From Oopsacas minuta (Eukaryota; Animalia; Porifera), in contig JAKMXF010000188.1 of the NCBI GenBank assembly GCA_024704765.1, positions 553,015-617,014 on the forward strand: a stretch of DNA of 64,000 bases, given 5' to 3'. Both the position numbers and the translations under genes were made by a program. The notes beneath the pieces were generated by a model. It saw only the letters and a list, made by a program, of their open reading frames with translations. It made no database searches and had not been told where the DNA came from. Positions 13,701 to 25,800 of this stretch are shown in pieces. Positions within the stretch are counted from its first letter, which is position 1. Every line of letters begins with the position of its first letter.

Positions 13701-16467
13701 TCAAAGGTATATTCAGTTTACATTATCAATTCTAAGTGGTTGAGGTGCGGTGACATCCATTTCATTAGTCACCGCCTTTCTCTAGAGTATTCATCATGAT
13801 CCTTTCCTAGATTGTTGAAGGAAATATTAATGCAAACTAATCACAATATAACCTATAGCAATCCTACTACGACAAATGTTTTGGTAGGACAGATTTGTTG
13901 TAATTACTTATTCCCTTATCTTCTATTATAGTTCCTGGAAGTCCTGTACTAGTTAGCTCACTTGCCCAGAGCGCTAGCAGTATTCTTGTGGTTTGGAGAC
14001 CTCCCCTTGAGCATGAACAATATGGGGTTATACTATCTTACAACATTACATTCTCCTCAATAGCTCTTATGAAGGGTAGTTTATCCTTTGTCTTTGAAAC
14101 AGCTGCTCCCTTTCCAATTCCATCAAGCACTAAGTATACAATGCTTTTTGATCGCATTGAAGAAGGGATTACCTATGTGATCACAGTAAGAGCTGTTAAC
14201 ATAGCTGGGATTGGATTGGCGAGCTCCCCGATTACAGAATCGACACCAGCAGTCAGTAAGTATATTATCTTGTGACCGAGGATGGGGTCTAATTTTCGGG
14301 AATTTTGCGACACGTATAGTTTGAATGACCCCTTCGCTCATTGTATTTTCAAACATGGTGCAAATATCACGGCCCTCAGGCCAGGGTATATTCATATAAT
14401 TATTGATGGGCCATGACCCATTTGCAGCTCTGCTCCATGTAGTGTACTCTTTAACTCCCTAGCAAAAATCTGACAACCTGAAAAGAGGTTGCTTGTCAGA
14501 ATTTTGCTAAGATCACTCCTAATCAATACATTGTTTCAAACCATGTATTATATTGAAGTTGCATTTGTTTCCCATCACCCGTCCGCCTGTATTTTGGGCC
14601 GCATCGATTTCTTCATTATTGTATATTTATTTGACAATTTTTTCTAAAACTTTCCATTCGAAACAATTCCCTACTACGATAAAACTAGGAAATAAAGCAA
14701 TTCAGGAATCTATTTATATTTTACCCAGATCGCATTATGTATACAATACTGCATTGATTCCTTCATTGTGTATTTAATATTTCATTCATTACTTTTATCC
14801 AAAAGTATCCCATATTCGAATGAACAATAATGAATAATGAAGTCCGCCCGAATTATCTTTGGATTCCTCTGTAATGAGAAACTATCTATTAAATATGAGT
14901 GACCTAACTACTCTACCAGTATTCCAGTTAACTTCCTGGTTTTTTGACATATATTAATGTAATCAAGCTGAAATATTACGATTAATTCTCATTCTAATAA
15001 TATCTTTACAGGTCCACCAAATGTCCCACCATTTCAAGTAAATATGACAAACGTCACTGCTACTCCAACCAGCCTAACTATTGTGGTGCCTGATGTATTT
15101 TCAGACTTTCTCGGGGCAGAATTGATCGGATTTACTTTCTCATATCAGGGATTTATTACATTCGTAAACTTATTTCCTAACCTGAATAAGAAGAGAGCTG
15201 TAGATACTATCTTCATGACAGAGGTAACTACAGTGGTTACAGGTCCAGGAAATGAATTTGAACTCATGGATCTCCTGCCGAATTATAACTACATGCTAAA
15301 TGTATCTGCTAATAGCCCTCTTGGCTCTACAGCTCCATTACAATTCCCTGTTATTTCACTAAGTAGCAACTGTAAGTCCTTACTAGTAGTTGATATTTGT
15401 GAAATACGTATAAATGATATTATATTAATAATTTTTAGTACCTAGCAGCCCGCCAATCAACATACAAGCTGTTCCTACAGCTTCTTCCCAAATCACTTAC
15501 ACCTGGGACAACAACCTGACTACTATCAATGGAATTCTAATCTCTTACAATCTATACATTGCAGAGATGGAACAATATCCTATTCTCATTTCTTTTCCTG
15601 TTAGCACAATAGGACCATACGTTTACGTATTTACTAATCTAACTCAAAATACTCAGTATTCTATCTCTATTGCTGTTGTGAATGCGGTTGGAGAGGGACC
15701 TAACTCTACTGTCGTATATGCAACCACTCATCCAATTGGTTAGTTTAATTGAGATTTACAGAACTACGAATAGACAAATCGATGCGAAAATATTTATTGT
15801 CGTAGATGGTAGTAGTAAGTCATAGACTATGATTATTGGGGGGTTTTTCAATTGTTCAACCCACATTATATACTCTGCCAAGTGCTTATTCACATTTAAT
15901 GATCCGTTAACAATAAAGGTGCCATAGTGGTTCATTAAAATGAGGGACTGAATTACTTCTCACAAATTTACAGCCCCAAATCCAACGGGAATGAAATATA
16001 ATCACTAAAGCATTTATTTAAAGTGTCTATTTGTAACATTGGTACGTAACTAACATTTAGTTTTACATCTAATTACATAATTTATACGTATTTCCTCTCC
16101 AATATAATTTGAAAATGATTATTGAATTAGGTAATTGAAAACAGTAATATTCTTTACAATTTGATAATAGTGAATAATTATCCTTTATCATTTCATACTA
16201 GTTTACCATATGCTTTCCTTTTGTTTAGCTTCAACTAATCAAGTATGTGTGAGGTGCTTCGTGTATCCAGTTCTAGTTATCCTGATTCTACTTGCTATCA
16301 TGGTCATAATTGCCTGTATTATTGCCTATGTATATTTGTATAAGCACCATAAAGCAATGCGAGTTTCAATACCTACTAGATGTCCTGAAGTAATAGTAAT
16401 AACAAACATGAAGGCTGGACCAGAGAATGTTGATACTAATCCAAAAGTAATCTTAGCCAACCCATAG
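4752..16467 (+). CDS. Type-I membrane receptor: signal peptide, 4x(C-type lectin + Ig-like), 3x FN3, TM, short tail; 13 exons, about 1335 aa
   Basis: Exons: 4752-4806 (MYFLLGLILLTHPLVNSQ signal peptide), CTL 6827-7207, Ig 7846-8154, CTL 8639-9016, Ig 10244-10546, CTL 10699-11076, Ig 11713-12009, CTL 12619-12993, Ig 13398-13706, FN3 13932-14255, FN3 15012-15371, FN3 15439-15738, TM/tail 16229-16467. All introns are GT-AG and phase 1; total 4008 nt in frame. Motifs: CTLD WIGxND/EDC/WND, Ig C..W..YSC, FN3 WxP..Y..V.A.N, TM VLVILILLAIMVIIACIIAYVYLY. Confidence 0.88.
6085..6440 (+). mobile_element. Helitron-like non-autonomous repeat (internal and 3' part)
   Basis: Shares the core CGTAGAGACTTGCTCTTAACAGCTAC...AACAAAGTACG...GAATTTCGCATTTTCAAGTTTCTCATAT and the GC-rich end GCGAGCCGCGAAGCTGCTCG with the copy at about 9740-10190. 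Confidence 0.65.
7479..7636. mobile_element. MITE with CAGT(C/T)AACAT..GTAACTCGAA terminal inverted repeats
   Basis: Left CAGTTAACATATCGTAACTCGAA pairs with right TTCGAGTTACCGGATGTTGACTG; a second copy lies at 31844-31980. Confidence 0.7.
9184..10190 (+). mobile_element. Composite Helitron-like repeat in an intron of the lectin/Ig gene
   Basis: Starts ATCTATATTTAATCTCAATTTG plus a (TG)n/TCTG tract, carries the family core at about 9740-9890 and ends GCGAGCAAGCGAAGCGTCTCG. Boundaries approximate. Confidence 0.55.
11545..11640. repeat. 16-bp minisatellite, 6 copies (GGATATATAGGAATAT)
   Basis: Direct inspection. Confidence 0.95.
12326..12501. mobile_element. hAT-type MITE (CAGTGCTCGA...TCGAGCACTG)
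   Basis: TIR matches 13/15; the 8-bp flanks (TTGTTTAT / TTCATAAT) match only partly. Confidence 0.6.
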
Positions 16468-16829
16468 AGAAACGCTAGTGTGAAGATTATCATTTCTGAT
16501 TATTAGTGAAACCTGGCTGTGTAATATTTTGTTATATATGTTATCCCTGATTTGCATGTATATAATTACTCTGTATGATCTGTGAGTATTGTGAGTAGAT
16601 AATTATGTCAATCATGTTTACAATGGGTGTAGTTCTAGTTACCTAGGTCAAAAATGCAATTATTTAATAGTATACAACATACAGGGTAACACAAAATTAT
16701 TAGTTGAAAGTTTCACAATATATAACAAGAATCCTCAAGTTGCTTGTAATATAACATATACGTAATATACATGGAATTATAAGAGTCCATCTTAGCAATA
16801 ATTATATAACTATGTAACAAGCTGACAAA

Positions 16830-19800
16830 TCAGAAAAGCGTTTCTTGACTTTCATCTATCAAAATAGACGTGATAACTAATGCATCATTGGTTGAACACT
16901 CGCGAACCTCCACTAATTGTACATTTGCATCGTTTGAAATAATTAGAGCATCCTTTCTTCGACTATAAATGAAATCATATCAAATACTTGAGGGCAAGTA
17001 GGTATGCACCGGATCCGGATCCAGAATCCGGTGTATGCCTAATTGCCTATATTTATATCTGAATGAATGGCAAATAATTCTGGTCCACCAAACAATTGAA
17101 TATGCTTCTAGCTTTGATAAATAATTAGTATTGTTAAAGTGTATTACTGAGAATTGCTAGATTAAAGTAGATATATATGTATTAACAAATTACTCAATTA
17201 TAATTACGCTATCAGTGATTATATAAGAGATTTGGATACTCAAGTCAGGTAATTGGTGCACCGGATCAAGAATTTATGAATCCGGCCGACTCTGGTGTAT
17301 GCCTAGGGTAACATCTATATAGCTATATAGTGCTTTGTAAATTCAAACATTACAGGATCTGAGCCCTAGTCCTCTCCACAAAAACATTAAACATTAGGAA
17401 CCCTAGGCCCCACCGACTATCCTGGATAGGGGAGCCAGGGTACCACCAGCCCTTCTGGGTTCGGTGCTGAACCCGACTCGAACCCCGAAAATGAATGTAT
17501 GTATGTATGTATGTATGTATATACGCCAAACCTCTGTATAACGGTCACCTGCACATAGCGCCCACCTGCTCAACGCGGCCAGCGGCCACATTATATAGTG
17601 GTCGCCTCCCATAAGGTCTTCTTTTGACAAGTCCCTGGGTGGCTATCATTAACTATTTCCGCTATATTATCTTAAATATCGGTTACTTGTCTTTAAGGCC
17701 AACTCCTCTATATCACCACCATTAACATAAAGTTACTACAATAATAGCGTATAACGGTCAACTTCCCTTTAACGGCCACTTTTGGTCAGTCCCTTCGGTG
17801 GCAGTTATAGACAAGTTTGACTGTATATATGTTTGTATGTCCAGAATTGATTGAAGAACCTGGTTTTTTGGCATGGTTCGGAGAATTTCGAGTCTTGGGC
17901 GAAAATTCACACCTATGACGAAATTATGGCGTCATTGTCACCTTTTTCGATTTTCGAATAATCACATTATTCACCACTGCCCAGCCAATATAAATGATAT
18001 AAAATTTGAAATTTGATTCACAAGTACCCATTTGGATGGACAATGAATAATAAAAAGTAAAAATTTCCGCAAAAATTTCCTCAACGCACTTAGTATCAAG
18101 TGTGATACCCGGTCACGTAGCAACCCAAACCATCAAGAAATTTAGCTATTAAATACTTACGCTATCCCGAGGCATTAAGCTGTCACGCAGCGACCTAACA
18201 AGCGAAGCGCGCTAGTAAGAGATAAATTACAAGGTAATTGCTGTAAGAAAGAACTTACGCAATCCCGATATTGTACACTCCCTTCCTTTTCTGCATAAGA
18301 TAGACGCACACTATAAGACTCACAACTGCTATAATTAGCAGAATAATCACAATTGATAATACGACAGCAGATATTTCTCCTGGAGTTAAGATCTGAGAAC
18401 AACGCCATCCAGGTTCACATAAACACTCATAATCTCCATTCTCTTTAATCTGACAGGTGGCGTTATAGTGACAGGGCTGAGAGAGACAGAGATTGGGTTT
18501 ATCACATCTCCTCAGTGCCCATTCTTCCGTACACTCACATGAATACTCACTGGAGAAGTCTTCGATTTCAATAATTTTGCTACAATCAGGATCATTATTT
18601 GGGCCCTAAATGAAAAGAAAATTTTATGAAGATACAACATGATTTTCTAATTTCTCATTTCACAGTTCTTTACACTCAGCAAATATTCAAATACTACAAT
18701 TCGATGCCTCCCTCACATACCTTACAAGTTGCGTCATTAAGACAGGGTTTAAATCTTATAGAGATTACTATAATGTAAGCTAGAGAGAATGCACCAAATC
18801 TGTCCAATGATACAATTCCAAATTGGTCTGTCCCATAGTAGTACGCTAGAGCTGTGTAGTTAAGAGAGAAATTTCTACTTGAAGCTGTGTATTGAGCAGA
18901 TATGTTTGGGTTGGAAGAGGGAGAAATCTCGCTCACTACTAGTTCACAGTATGAACAGTTTAGATACCTGAGGAAGTATTAAATGACAATACTCATTCTG
19001 GTATGCAATATTAATTTATTTCATATTTCAAATGCTGAATTATCTTACCTGAAATACACATAATCTCCATCATCCACATCATAACTATATCCCGTGAGTT
19101 GTAGGGTAACTACTGAGGTATTATCTGTCCTGTATAGAGTAATGAGGGAATTGACATTTTCCTGGTCTATCATTAGTTTAGGATTTTCATTAACTGATAG
19201 TATCTCGATGAGGAATTCATTATCTGCATACAATGGAGTGCCAAGTAATGAAGGAGTACCTGATGGGAATATATGTATATAGAGTCAAAGAATTTCCTAG
19301 ATCACAAATATGAAAACTTGAAAATGCGAAATCCGGGTTCAGCGTACTTTGTTACGCCATTGTAGCAGTTAAGAGCGAGTCTCTACTATTATTGTGGCAT
19401 CTCAAGATTTGTTTTCTTTATATTAATAAATTTACATATGATTAATTCAAAAGTGTGAAAATCAGATTCAGCACATTCGGTATATTTAAGTTATATTGAA
19501 TTCTGTTTACTTTTGATATAAACGATAAATACAGTTATGCGACATCTCAGATTGAGAAATTCGAATTCGATACAACATTCCATAAATCCTTCCCTTGACA
19601 ACGGACAAATAGACAAACAAACAAACAGACAGGCAAAAAATGGCAATTTGATAATATACAGTAAACTCCCGTTATAACCAAGTCGGATATAATGAAACTC
19701 CCCTTATCACGAAGTGGTCCAATGGTCCGTAAATCCTTCCATCTAATTACATTATATAAACTTTGTTTATAACAAATACATGGAAGGATACAATGAAATT

Positions 19801-22800
19801 CTTCTTATAACCAAGTTATTTGTTATCCCCTTTAAGTCAAAAGCTATTGAATTTCATCCCGTTATAACGAAGTACGCTGATAACAACCCCAGTTGTGAAC
19901 TAATTCCGCTCAAATTGATATTTTATTACACAAAACTCTGTATTTAACGAACTTGGATTAAAGATTGCTGCTATTATTGACATTATTTTACAAACAAACG
20001 TGCATTTAATGTACTCAAGTTGCAACAAACTCCGCTTATAACGGATTAAAACTGAGGTCTCGAGTACTTCGTTATAACGAGAGTTTACTGTAGATTGGCC
20101 TAAACAATTGACAAAATAAGGATGTGTAAACCCCACCCAAAAGAATATCAGGGTGGGTCAAATCCCACCCTCCAGCCCAAGTTTTGGCGCCTCTGTAAAA
20201 TTGAACAAATATACTGTGGAGGATATATATTGGCTAATATGTATAATTTACAGTGGAACTGCTTTGTCAATCACGATGCGATGCTGGATAAAATAAGCAA
20301 ATCAGGGTCGTTCGATTTAGATCATGACTAAAATCACCCTAGAAAGATCCAAAAAATATCTTTTCGTGATTTTTGAAAATAAATAAATACTTATTACGTT
20401 TTATCACCATTAGATCTGTGATTTGTAAGTTTCCCATTGAATTATAATATTAGTACTATTATATCAACTGCTGGGGTAGAGAGAATTCTCTCAACATACG
20501 GGTTTGTTCATTCCAAAGTAAGGAATAGGCTTGGAACGACTAAAGCAGCGGCTAAATACTCATTGATAGCTACCCCATTCATTTTAGAGTGGCGAATACG
20601 TATTTAAGCTGTCTTCACTTGAAGGCGAGATTGGCTAAATGTGGTGTTATTTAATCTATTACATTCATTATATTATTAAAAAATAAAATATTTGATTTAA
20701 TTAAAAATCTGATTTTTTGATTTTTTCCAACTCTGAAATATATTTAATTTAGCTAATAGACAAAAGTGATACAGATCGTTCGAGGTATATATTCCTGTAC
20801 AAGCAACATATACATTGGATTACCTGTCTCTGTTAGTGAGTACTGCACGGATAGGTTGCCATAACAACCACTGCAAGGAGTGAAGTAAAATATGTTTCCA
20901 TTTATTTCAGCATTCAATAAACTTGCCCCATCTTCAGCAAGAGAGTACTCAGAAGAAGCTCGTGTGAATGTGACAGATGTCAGACTGATATTCACAGTGT
21001 CATGTTCTATGTCTGTGTAGGTGATGAGATGCTGAATGGTTACCGAACCTTCTCCAATGCTGATACACGGGACTTGATCTGGTATGGGAGGAGTATCATC
21101 AAATGTAGCACTCCCCACTACTAATATAAACTGCCAGGGCTTGTTACAACGCTATAGAATATTGGATACATATTACATACAATTGCAATCACCTAATAGC
21201 AATCGAATTTTGCAAGAATTTTCCAACTAATACCCGAATTTAGCTATTATACATACTAATTACGATACAAAACTGGACTCTTTGTCCATGAAAAATTTGT
21301 TAATAGGCGGATTTTGCTATTAGACGAATTTCTAATAGGGGTTTCCGCTGTACAAGTATTAATGCGTATAGCATAATACGTATATGCAAAGTATAAATAC
21401 TTTTATGAAATTTGAATTGACTAACATTAGCGAACGACAAAATTGATTAGACCGAATCTCGGTATAGGTGACGCAACCGGAATCATGCTAATATTGTAAT
21501 ACTTCTGAGTAAGAGTCCATAAAAACAACAATAAATGAATAATAGATATTGCATTGACCACTTTTGCCTTGTCCTACTCAATTCTATGGTACGGGCCTGA
21601 CCGCCACCTAACACCTTCCGCTGCCCTTGTCACATCTCTACCCATTCAAAATATTTGTCGTAAAGTGGTAAAATATGGCTAATGGTACGATAAATCATGT
21701 AGATTGAGGTTTGAAAAACGTTCAAATTGGAATTTCCATACTAGAACTCCTAACTACCCGTTCAAACCAATTTCTATAATCATTTTCAGTAAAATACTAA
21801 AAGTATGAACATGAAAATGTCATAATTGAAACTGCATGCTCTATTACAGTAGACCCTCATTAATCCGAACAGATCCGAAGGGTTATACAGTAAAACCTCC
21901 AAAAGGTGAACACCCTGCGGACCAGCAAAATGTTCACTTTTGAGAGGTGTTCACTTTTCATGACCGGAACAATTCAACTGACAATGACCACCGATTTTTG
22001 AAAATGTTATTTATAGGACCTCTATGTTTACACAAAATGTGTGAAAGCATTGTCCAGGCAAATATGTTGTCTCTTCTGCCCATTGTATGACGAAGCCTCT
22101 CGTACATTGTCAAACCACATCATCAAACATCCCTGCTTTCACAACTAGTGTGTTTACAAAGCTGACAGTCTAGTTAAAAATCTGGTAGAAATCCGGTGTT
22201 CACTTTTAGGAGGTCATATCCTATGTAATTTAGACATTTGGGACCAAATTAAGTGTTCACATTTCACTTTTCAGAGGTGTTCACATTCTAAAGGGGTGAC
22301 CACTATGTAAAACAATGGGATAAATTTGGGACCGGGAAAAAGTGTTCACTTTTGGAGGTTTTACTGTACAACTTTTGGAGGTTTTACTGTACAACTTTTG
22401 GAAAATGTTTAAAATGTTCAAAATAACTAATTGTATCCTATTGTAGTGTAGACTAATACATATTGTTATATATTACACATGTTTGCAGCCTTCATTGTTT
22501 GTATAACTTCCGAAAAAATGTCCCCTATCCTAGCTATAGTATCGTTTCAATGCATTTCGCTAATCCGAACGAATTATTTAGCAATAGGAACAGTGCTGTC
22601 TGGATTAGCGAGGATGTTTTGTCCACCTAACTGGAAGTTGAAACGAAAATCTAGCATCGTTTGGAAATACAGTAGAGTCTTGTTATTACTTTCACCAGGG
22701 ACTGATAAAATTCGTACTCATTAACCAGAGTTAAATCTAATCCAGGCTAGCATAACATAAACCCTGTCCTTGACAACGGACAAACAAACAAACAGTTATA

Positions 22801-25800
22801 TTTATTAGAAAAACAAACCTCATTAGATAGCAGACAAGGACAGAAATACGTTGTCAGTGTATCACCAGTTATAGTATCCTCTTTATCGAAGTTACAACTG
22901 CTACGAGAAGATACCCATTGCTGTTGCTCAGGGTTCCAACCAACAAGAAATGGTTGATTTGTTTCAACAATTCGAGATGCATTAAATTTTATTTCAATCT
23001 TCAACCAAGAAGGGAAGTTAACTCCGCCTATAGGACTTATGTAGAAAGAGGGACCGTGGAACTCTTGTATACGGGTGAAGAGAAATCTGTCCACTTGGGT
23101 GAGGGTGGAGCCAGGATCCACAATGTAACGCGTATACGGAGAGCTGAAAGGGACAGAGAGGATGTCATAATTAACCTTCATATCACTGAGTGAGAGGGGT
23201 CCAATGACAAATCCAGATAAATCTTGCAGGTCTTCAGAGAAGTAAACTTTACAGTTGGTTGGATAGATTAGTTGAGGGATGAATTGGCCAGAAAATCTAG
23301 AAGAATATTCAGCAAAGCCTTCCTCAATAGAAAGGTAATATTCACTATTACGTTGGTACACAGCATATGTATCAGTAGTATCTCTATAATAAGTAACTGA
23401 TGGTGTACCAGCATCTTTGCATTTAGGTTGAATAGCACAGAGTACGAGAGTTTGATACAAAATCATTCCAGGTTCTGCTTGTAAGATATTCTCACTCCCG
23501 GTATAAATACCTGCTGATTTATTCGCCAACATTATTATATCAGGAGTATTTGCAATAACTTGATCGTTTGAGTTACCATTACCAATTAATTGAGATCCTT
23601 CAATACGAATGGAGGAAGCATTGCCGAATGTTATCTCGAAAATGGGCATGATGTCATCCTTGTAAGGTTCTGTGCCTACTTTCCAGAAAATAGTTTGATT
23701 CTTTACAAGGTAATTATCTTCATAATGAGTAGGATAGAAACCAGTCCAATGCAAACCGAGAGAAGTAAGTTGTGTAGATAGGAAAGTATTTGGAATTATT
23801 GTATCGATCTTTGTTGAATACAAAGGTTCTATGACAGATTTAGAAATGTCAGGCTCCTGGTTCATAATCCTCACTCCCTGACTTACCAGTATTGTACTCA
23901 AACCAGCACCATTGATGGCTCTAACAATCACATAGTACTTGAGTTGTGGTATCAGCTCGAGATTGGTTATATTCACGGTTTTGATTGTGCCCACTGAAGT
24001 GAATTGGAGAGAATCAATATCAGTTACATTATCCGAGTAAGCTATTTCATAGTCATATATGTCACTTTTGGTGTCTTCACACTGATATTCCACAGCCAGT
24101 GAATTGTCACTATCCTGAGCACTCGTCTGTATTAACTGATCACTTCTCAGATCTCTTTGTACATGTTGTATAAGTGTACAGTTAGGAGGTGTTGTATCTA
24201 GCTGAATACCATCTGAGTAGCCGTAAGCTATCTCTCCTGTAGCCGTGTATCCTCTCACCTTCATATAGTACACATATGGTACAAATGTGATATTGTATTG
24301 GTATAGTTGATCCTCTGGAATACCTGTGTCAGTATAGTTGTAGGGAGTACATGTCACGTTAGTAAGGTTAAACGGATGAGTACAACCTGATTGCAAACTG
24401 AGCCCACTGGCTACAAACTGTATATAGTAGACGTTGGAATTGCATGTAGAGTTACACAGATTGGGTAGTGAGTTGTTGCAGCCTTCAACACAAGGAATAC
24501 ATGGTGAGGGTATAGACTGATATTCTCGACCCGCTGCAAGAGATACCTCAGTAGAACCATACTCTCGTCCTACTCCAACCTCAAACTTCACAAATGGTGC
24601 CTTTGGGCTATAGAATGGTGCTCCAAATTTGCAAACCCGACTGCTATCAGCTGGAAGATTGACATCAGTGAAATAGGCCGAGGTAGTAGGAGGAAAGAAG
24701 GGACTGGAGAACGACTCTACTCCTCCGTTAAAGTTCCTGACATGTAATACAAGGTAGATACTAGATCTCAGTTGAGGCAGATCAACAAGATTGCCTAAGA
24801 ACTGGCCGTCTACCACTAAATCCACAGTCCAGGTGCCAAGTGTAGCTGTACTAGGAGTAGTTGAACTGGTTCTGTAGAGTTTAAAGTCATACGTGTAGAA
24901 GGCAGCACTAGGATCATAGTCTAGATCTATCCATGTGTACCCAGTGTCTTCAGGAGTCTGACCTCTGTACCAGAATAAAGCTCTCGCAGGGCTGGAATTG
25001 TAAGAGGGGTGTAGTTGGAGACCAAACGCTTTGTAGGGTACTGGGTTGGGGTTGGGAGGAGGCATGTATTGACATGTACTGGGTGTTTGTGTTGGTAGAT
25101 TTTGGCCGAAGTTAGTTTGTGTGACGTTTTCCAGTTCATAAAGCATCTCATATTCCTGAACCATTGAAGCAGGTCCGTCCCAGAATAACACAGAAGTGAC
25201 GGCCTGGAATTCAGGGGCAGCCTTGATGCTAACACTCATTTCATTCAGGTCTACTACTGACATCTGTGTGACAGCAGCACCAGAGAGCATTCTCTCACGT
25301 TGGATGTCTCGCGTCATGCTGACCTTTAAAAATGCACTGTCAGTAGTGAATTCTATCTGTTGAGGGTGATACATTAGAGTTCTGCCTGTTGGATTGCTAG
25401 GTCCTACTGGGATTGTAGAAGTGATTGACTGAGTGATTGTGTCCCAATCTTCTGTCGTGGAACTTTGATTATACATACGTTCCATACACACAGCATCATG
25501 CTTTGTCCTCACAAGAGCTAGAACACCTTCAACCCTAGAGGTACTCCCTTGGTAAGGAGGAGAAAATTTCCAGATTGTTCCGTACTTAACTACTGCTGGA
25601 TTGAGAGAGTATTTTACCAGTTTGATAGGCTGTGACACGCTACATGATGTGAGTGCTGCTTGGTTGATAGAACGTAAAGCCACAAAGTAGAATTTACTTG
25701 TCACAAGTTGGATGACATAGAATGTATAATTGTTCACATTGTTAATCGTAGTAAATTCTGTCAAATTACTTATCTCATCACAATTGTGAATATTGCAGTT

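Noticed and set aside
17018-17306. TAGG(T/C)AT(G/A)CACCGGA inverted repeats as a complete hAT element
   Set aside because: The TIR-like ends are visible but there is no matching TSD and the boundaries are ambiguous.
17475-17483. B-box-like GTTCGAGTC (minus strand) suggesting a tRNA or SINE
   Set aside because: No A-box spacing or cloverleaf could be built.
18255-18257. TAA as the sole terminal stop of the giant gene
   Set aside because: It lies within a canonical GTAAGT donor whose phase matches a downstream exon ending ETLF; kept only as a possible intron-retention isoform.
18545-18551. GTGAGT as a splice donor in exon 19 of the giant gene
   Set aside because: Reading through keeps the frame and completes the EGF domain (FSSEYSCECTEEW).
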